From positions 6-64,005 of IMG/VR virus record IMGVR_UViG_3300046664_000044: DNA of 64,000 nt; one strand, written 5' to 3'. The stretch is from a virus (Duplodnaviria > Caudoviricetes). Below are positions 62,324 to 64,000 of the stretch, piece after piece. Position 1 is the stretch's first letter. Each line of letters opens with the position of its first letter. The notes below the pieces were generated by a model, which was not told the DNA's origin, made no database searches, and saw only the letters and a program-made list of their open reading frames with translations. Both the position numbers and the translations under genes were made by a program.

Positions 62324-64000
62324 GCTGGTGTCCCGATACGTGGATTGAATGCCTGCTTCATCACGACAGATACGTCGATGACGGCCTGCTGGTTAGTGTG
62401 ATGCTGAATCTCGAAGGTGTCTTGGTCGAACCGCGACTCGGCCACAAAGCTAACACGCTTCACGTCCTTCATCGAAATGGCGGGCAGCGGCGGGTCGATG
62501 GACAGCTTCTCGGCCACCACCTGCAACGGCGTCGAGTTCGAGCCGTCCGCGTCCTTCTTGTAGATCGGCTCCACTGCGGTGATCGTCGTGTACACGCTTG
62601 GCCGACCGTCGTAGAACAGGAAGGCGATCTGGATGCGGATCGGCTGCGGGCGAAGCATGTAGTCGTAGAAGCCCTGCGGCTCGATGATCAGTTCCTCGGC
62701 GTTCAGTGGAATCTCGTCGTCGGTGATGTACACGTCCTGCATGAAGGTCGGCGCGAAGAAGTGCACGGCGCGGCCACGGGCGGCCTGGAAGAACTTGCGC
62801 AGCTTGCCCGCGTTGATGCGACCGAACAGGCGGAACTTCGATTGCACGATGGTGCCGGTGAAGCGGCCATGATCGGTCGTGATCGGCACGCCGCTGGTGT
62901 TGTCGAGCGTGAAGCTCTTGCGATTGTAGGTGAGGTCGAGCGTGCTGGCGCGATCCGGCGAGAACGCGAAGAACGGTTGACCGCCCGCCGACGCGCCGAA
63001 GTCCGCTTCGATCTTGTACGGCTCCGACAGGTCGAACTGCGCCTGGGCGGTGCTCACGGCGTCAGTCACGTTCGACATGCGCGCAGGCGTCAGCAGGCGC
63101 GCAGTGCGCATTGGGTAGATGCGCGTGCCGACCGGCCACGGACGCGGCGGCGGGAACTTCCACGAGAAGCGGTTGTTCGCGTAGTCCACGTCACCGACTT
63201 GCAGGATGTCGTAGTCGTCCGGGTTGCCGTTGTTGACGAACACCAGATCGTCTTTGAAGAACTCGCGGTATTGCAGCTCGCCGTCAGGGAAGGCCACACC
63301 GCTCGCCTCCATGTCGATGCCCTCGTTCATGTGCACGGCTTCGTGCCACAGCGGCAGCATGAACTCCGCGCTGCCCATGCCGACGAAGAACGTGTCCAGG
63401 CGATTGCGGTGGGCGCGCTGCCGCAGGAAGTTCGCCTCGAACTGACGGCGTGCGTTGCGGCGGATCGAGCGGCGCTGCTCGGCACCGTTCTCGCTCTCCA
63501 TCACGTTCGTCATCCATGACAGGCGCTCGGTCACTCCGTTTTGCCAGTTCGGAAGTACGGTGAACATCGGAAGCGAAAACCTGTAGTCTGCTGGCGGCGG
63601 CAGATCATCATCGCTGATGGCCGAGTCGTCCAGCAGCCAGCCCTCACGCGCTGACGAGTAGATCAGTTCCTCGCCGCGCTTGATGACGAGGGTGAACCAG
63701 CAGGGCGTATCGGCAGGGATGTTCTGAAGGATCACGTCCAGGCGGTAGTCGCCCTGCGGGATGTTCACATAGGCCGTCGTCGGGTTGCCGAGCTGCGTGC
63801 TGGCGATGATGCGCATGTTGAGCTGCGCCGTGCCGATCCACAGCGTAGCCGCGTCGTCGGCGTCGATGGTGAGCGTGTAGTTGCCATCCTCGAAGTGGAA
63901 CCGGCGCGACAGGTAGTAGGTGTGATCGCCCAGCGCCGTGTCGATTGGGTCGGTCGGCGCGACCCGCTTCTCTCCATCAGGAGGTGGCGGGTCGATGGCA
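62320..64000 (-). CDS. Tail protein downstream of tape measure, allele B (5' end beyond window; full length ~568 aa)
   Basis: Same frame as track ORF 62320..63816, open to the window end; homologous to 1..758. Confidence 0.88.
   Translation of the reverse strand, partial: AIDPPPPDGEKRVAPTDPIDTALGDHTYYLSRRFHFEDGNYTLTIDADDAATLWIGTAQLNMRIIASTQLGNPTTAYVNIPQGDYRLDVILQNIPADTPCWFTLVIKRGEELIYSSAREGWLLDDSAISDDDLPPPADYRFSLPMFTVLPNWQNGVTERLSWMTNVMESENGAEQRRSIRRNARRQFEANFLRQRAHRNRLDTFFVGMGSAEFMLPLWHEAVHMNEGIDMEASGVAFPDGELQYREFFKDDLVFVNNGNPDDYDILQVGDVDYANNRFSWKFPPPRPWPVGTRIYPMRTARLLTPARMSNVTDAVSTAQAQFDLSEPYKIEADFGASAGGQPFFAFSPDRASTLDLTYNRKSFTLDNTSGVPITTDHGRFTGTIVQSKFRLFGRINAGKLRKFFQAARGRAVHFFAPTFMQDVYITDDEIPLNAEELIIEPQGFYDYMLRPQPIRIQIAFLFYDGRPSVYTTITAVEPIYKKDADGSNSTPLQVVAEKLSIDPPLPAISMKDVKRVSFVAESRFDQDTFEIQHHTNQQAVIDVSVVMKQAFNPRIGTPA
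63269..64000. repeat. Diverged direct repeat, copy 2
   Basis: ~92% identical to 1..732; implies a unit genome length of 63,268 bp. Confidence 0.95.

Overview
The window is essentially one complete, circularly permuted ~63.3 kb genome of a lambda-like-head siphophage. Its gene order matches Chi/Nazgul-type (Casjensviridae-like) phages of high-GC Proteobacteria. Position 1 recurs at 63269, but the two copies of this 732-bp overlap are only ~92% identical. A Chi-like 12-bp cos candidate lies at 26845-26856. Reading the minus strand from cos: primase-helicase and a Cro-like gene (opposite strand), a DUF2800/DUF2815/PolB/VRR-NUC/SNF2 replication cassette, terminase, portal, S49 protease with nested scaffold, capsid and neck, tail tube, frameshifted chaperones and tape measure. 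After the wrap come a large paralogous tail-tip/fibre block and the lysis cassette. A plus-strand accessory arm (33.2-44.8 kb) carries a TopoVI-A/Toprim-like gene, RdgC, cupin, HTH and histone-like genes. A compositionally distinct ~6 kb terminal arm holds small unknown and membrane genes. I saw no integrase, tRNA, CRISPR array or reverse transcriptase. Most unusual signals: (1) at least 12 unrelated proteins end in the same acidic C-terminal tag [DE]-E-L-stop; (2) a 17-bp palindromic operator sits inside sigma70 promoters, including a promoter/terminator switch at the start of the late region; (3) four paralogous lectin-like tail proteins, two with beta-propeller inserts at different sites, are followed by a beta-strand-repeat protein; (4) 10-bp-phased G tracts and repeats flank cos; (5) several restriction-type palindromes appear to be avoided. 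All family assignments are from motif recognition and synteny by eye; no database search was run.
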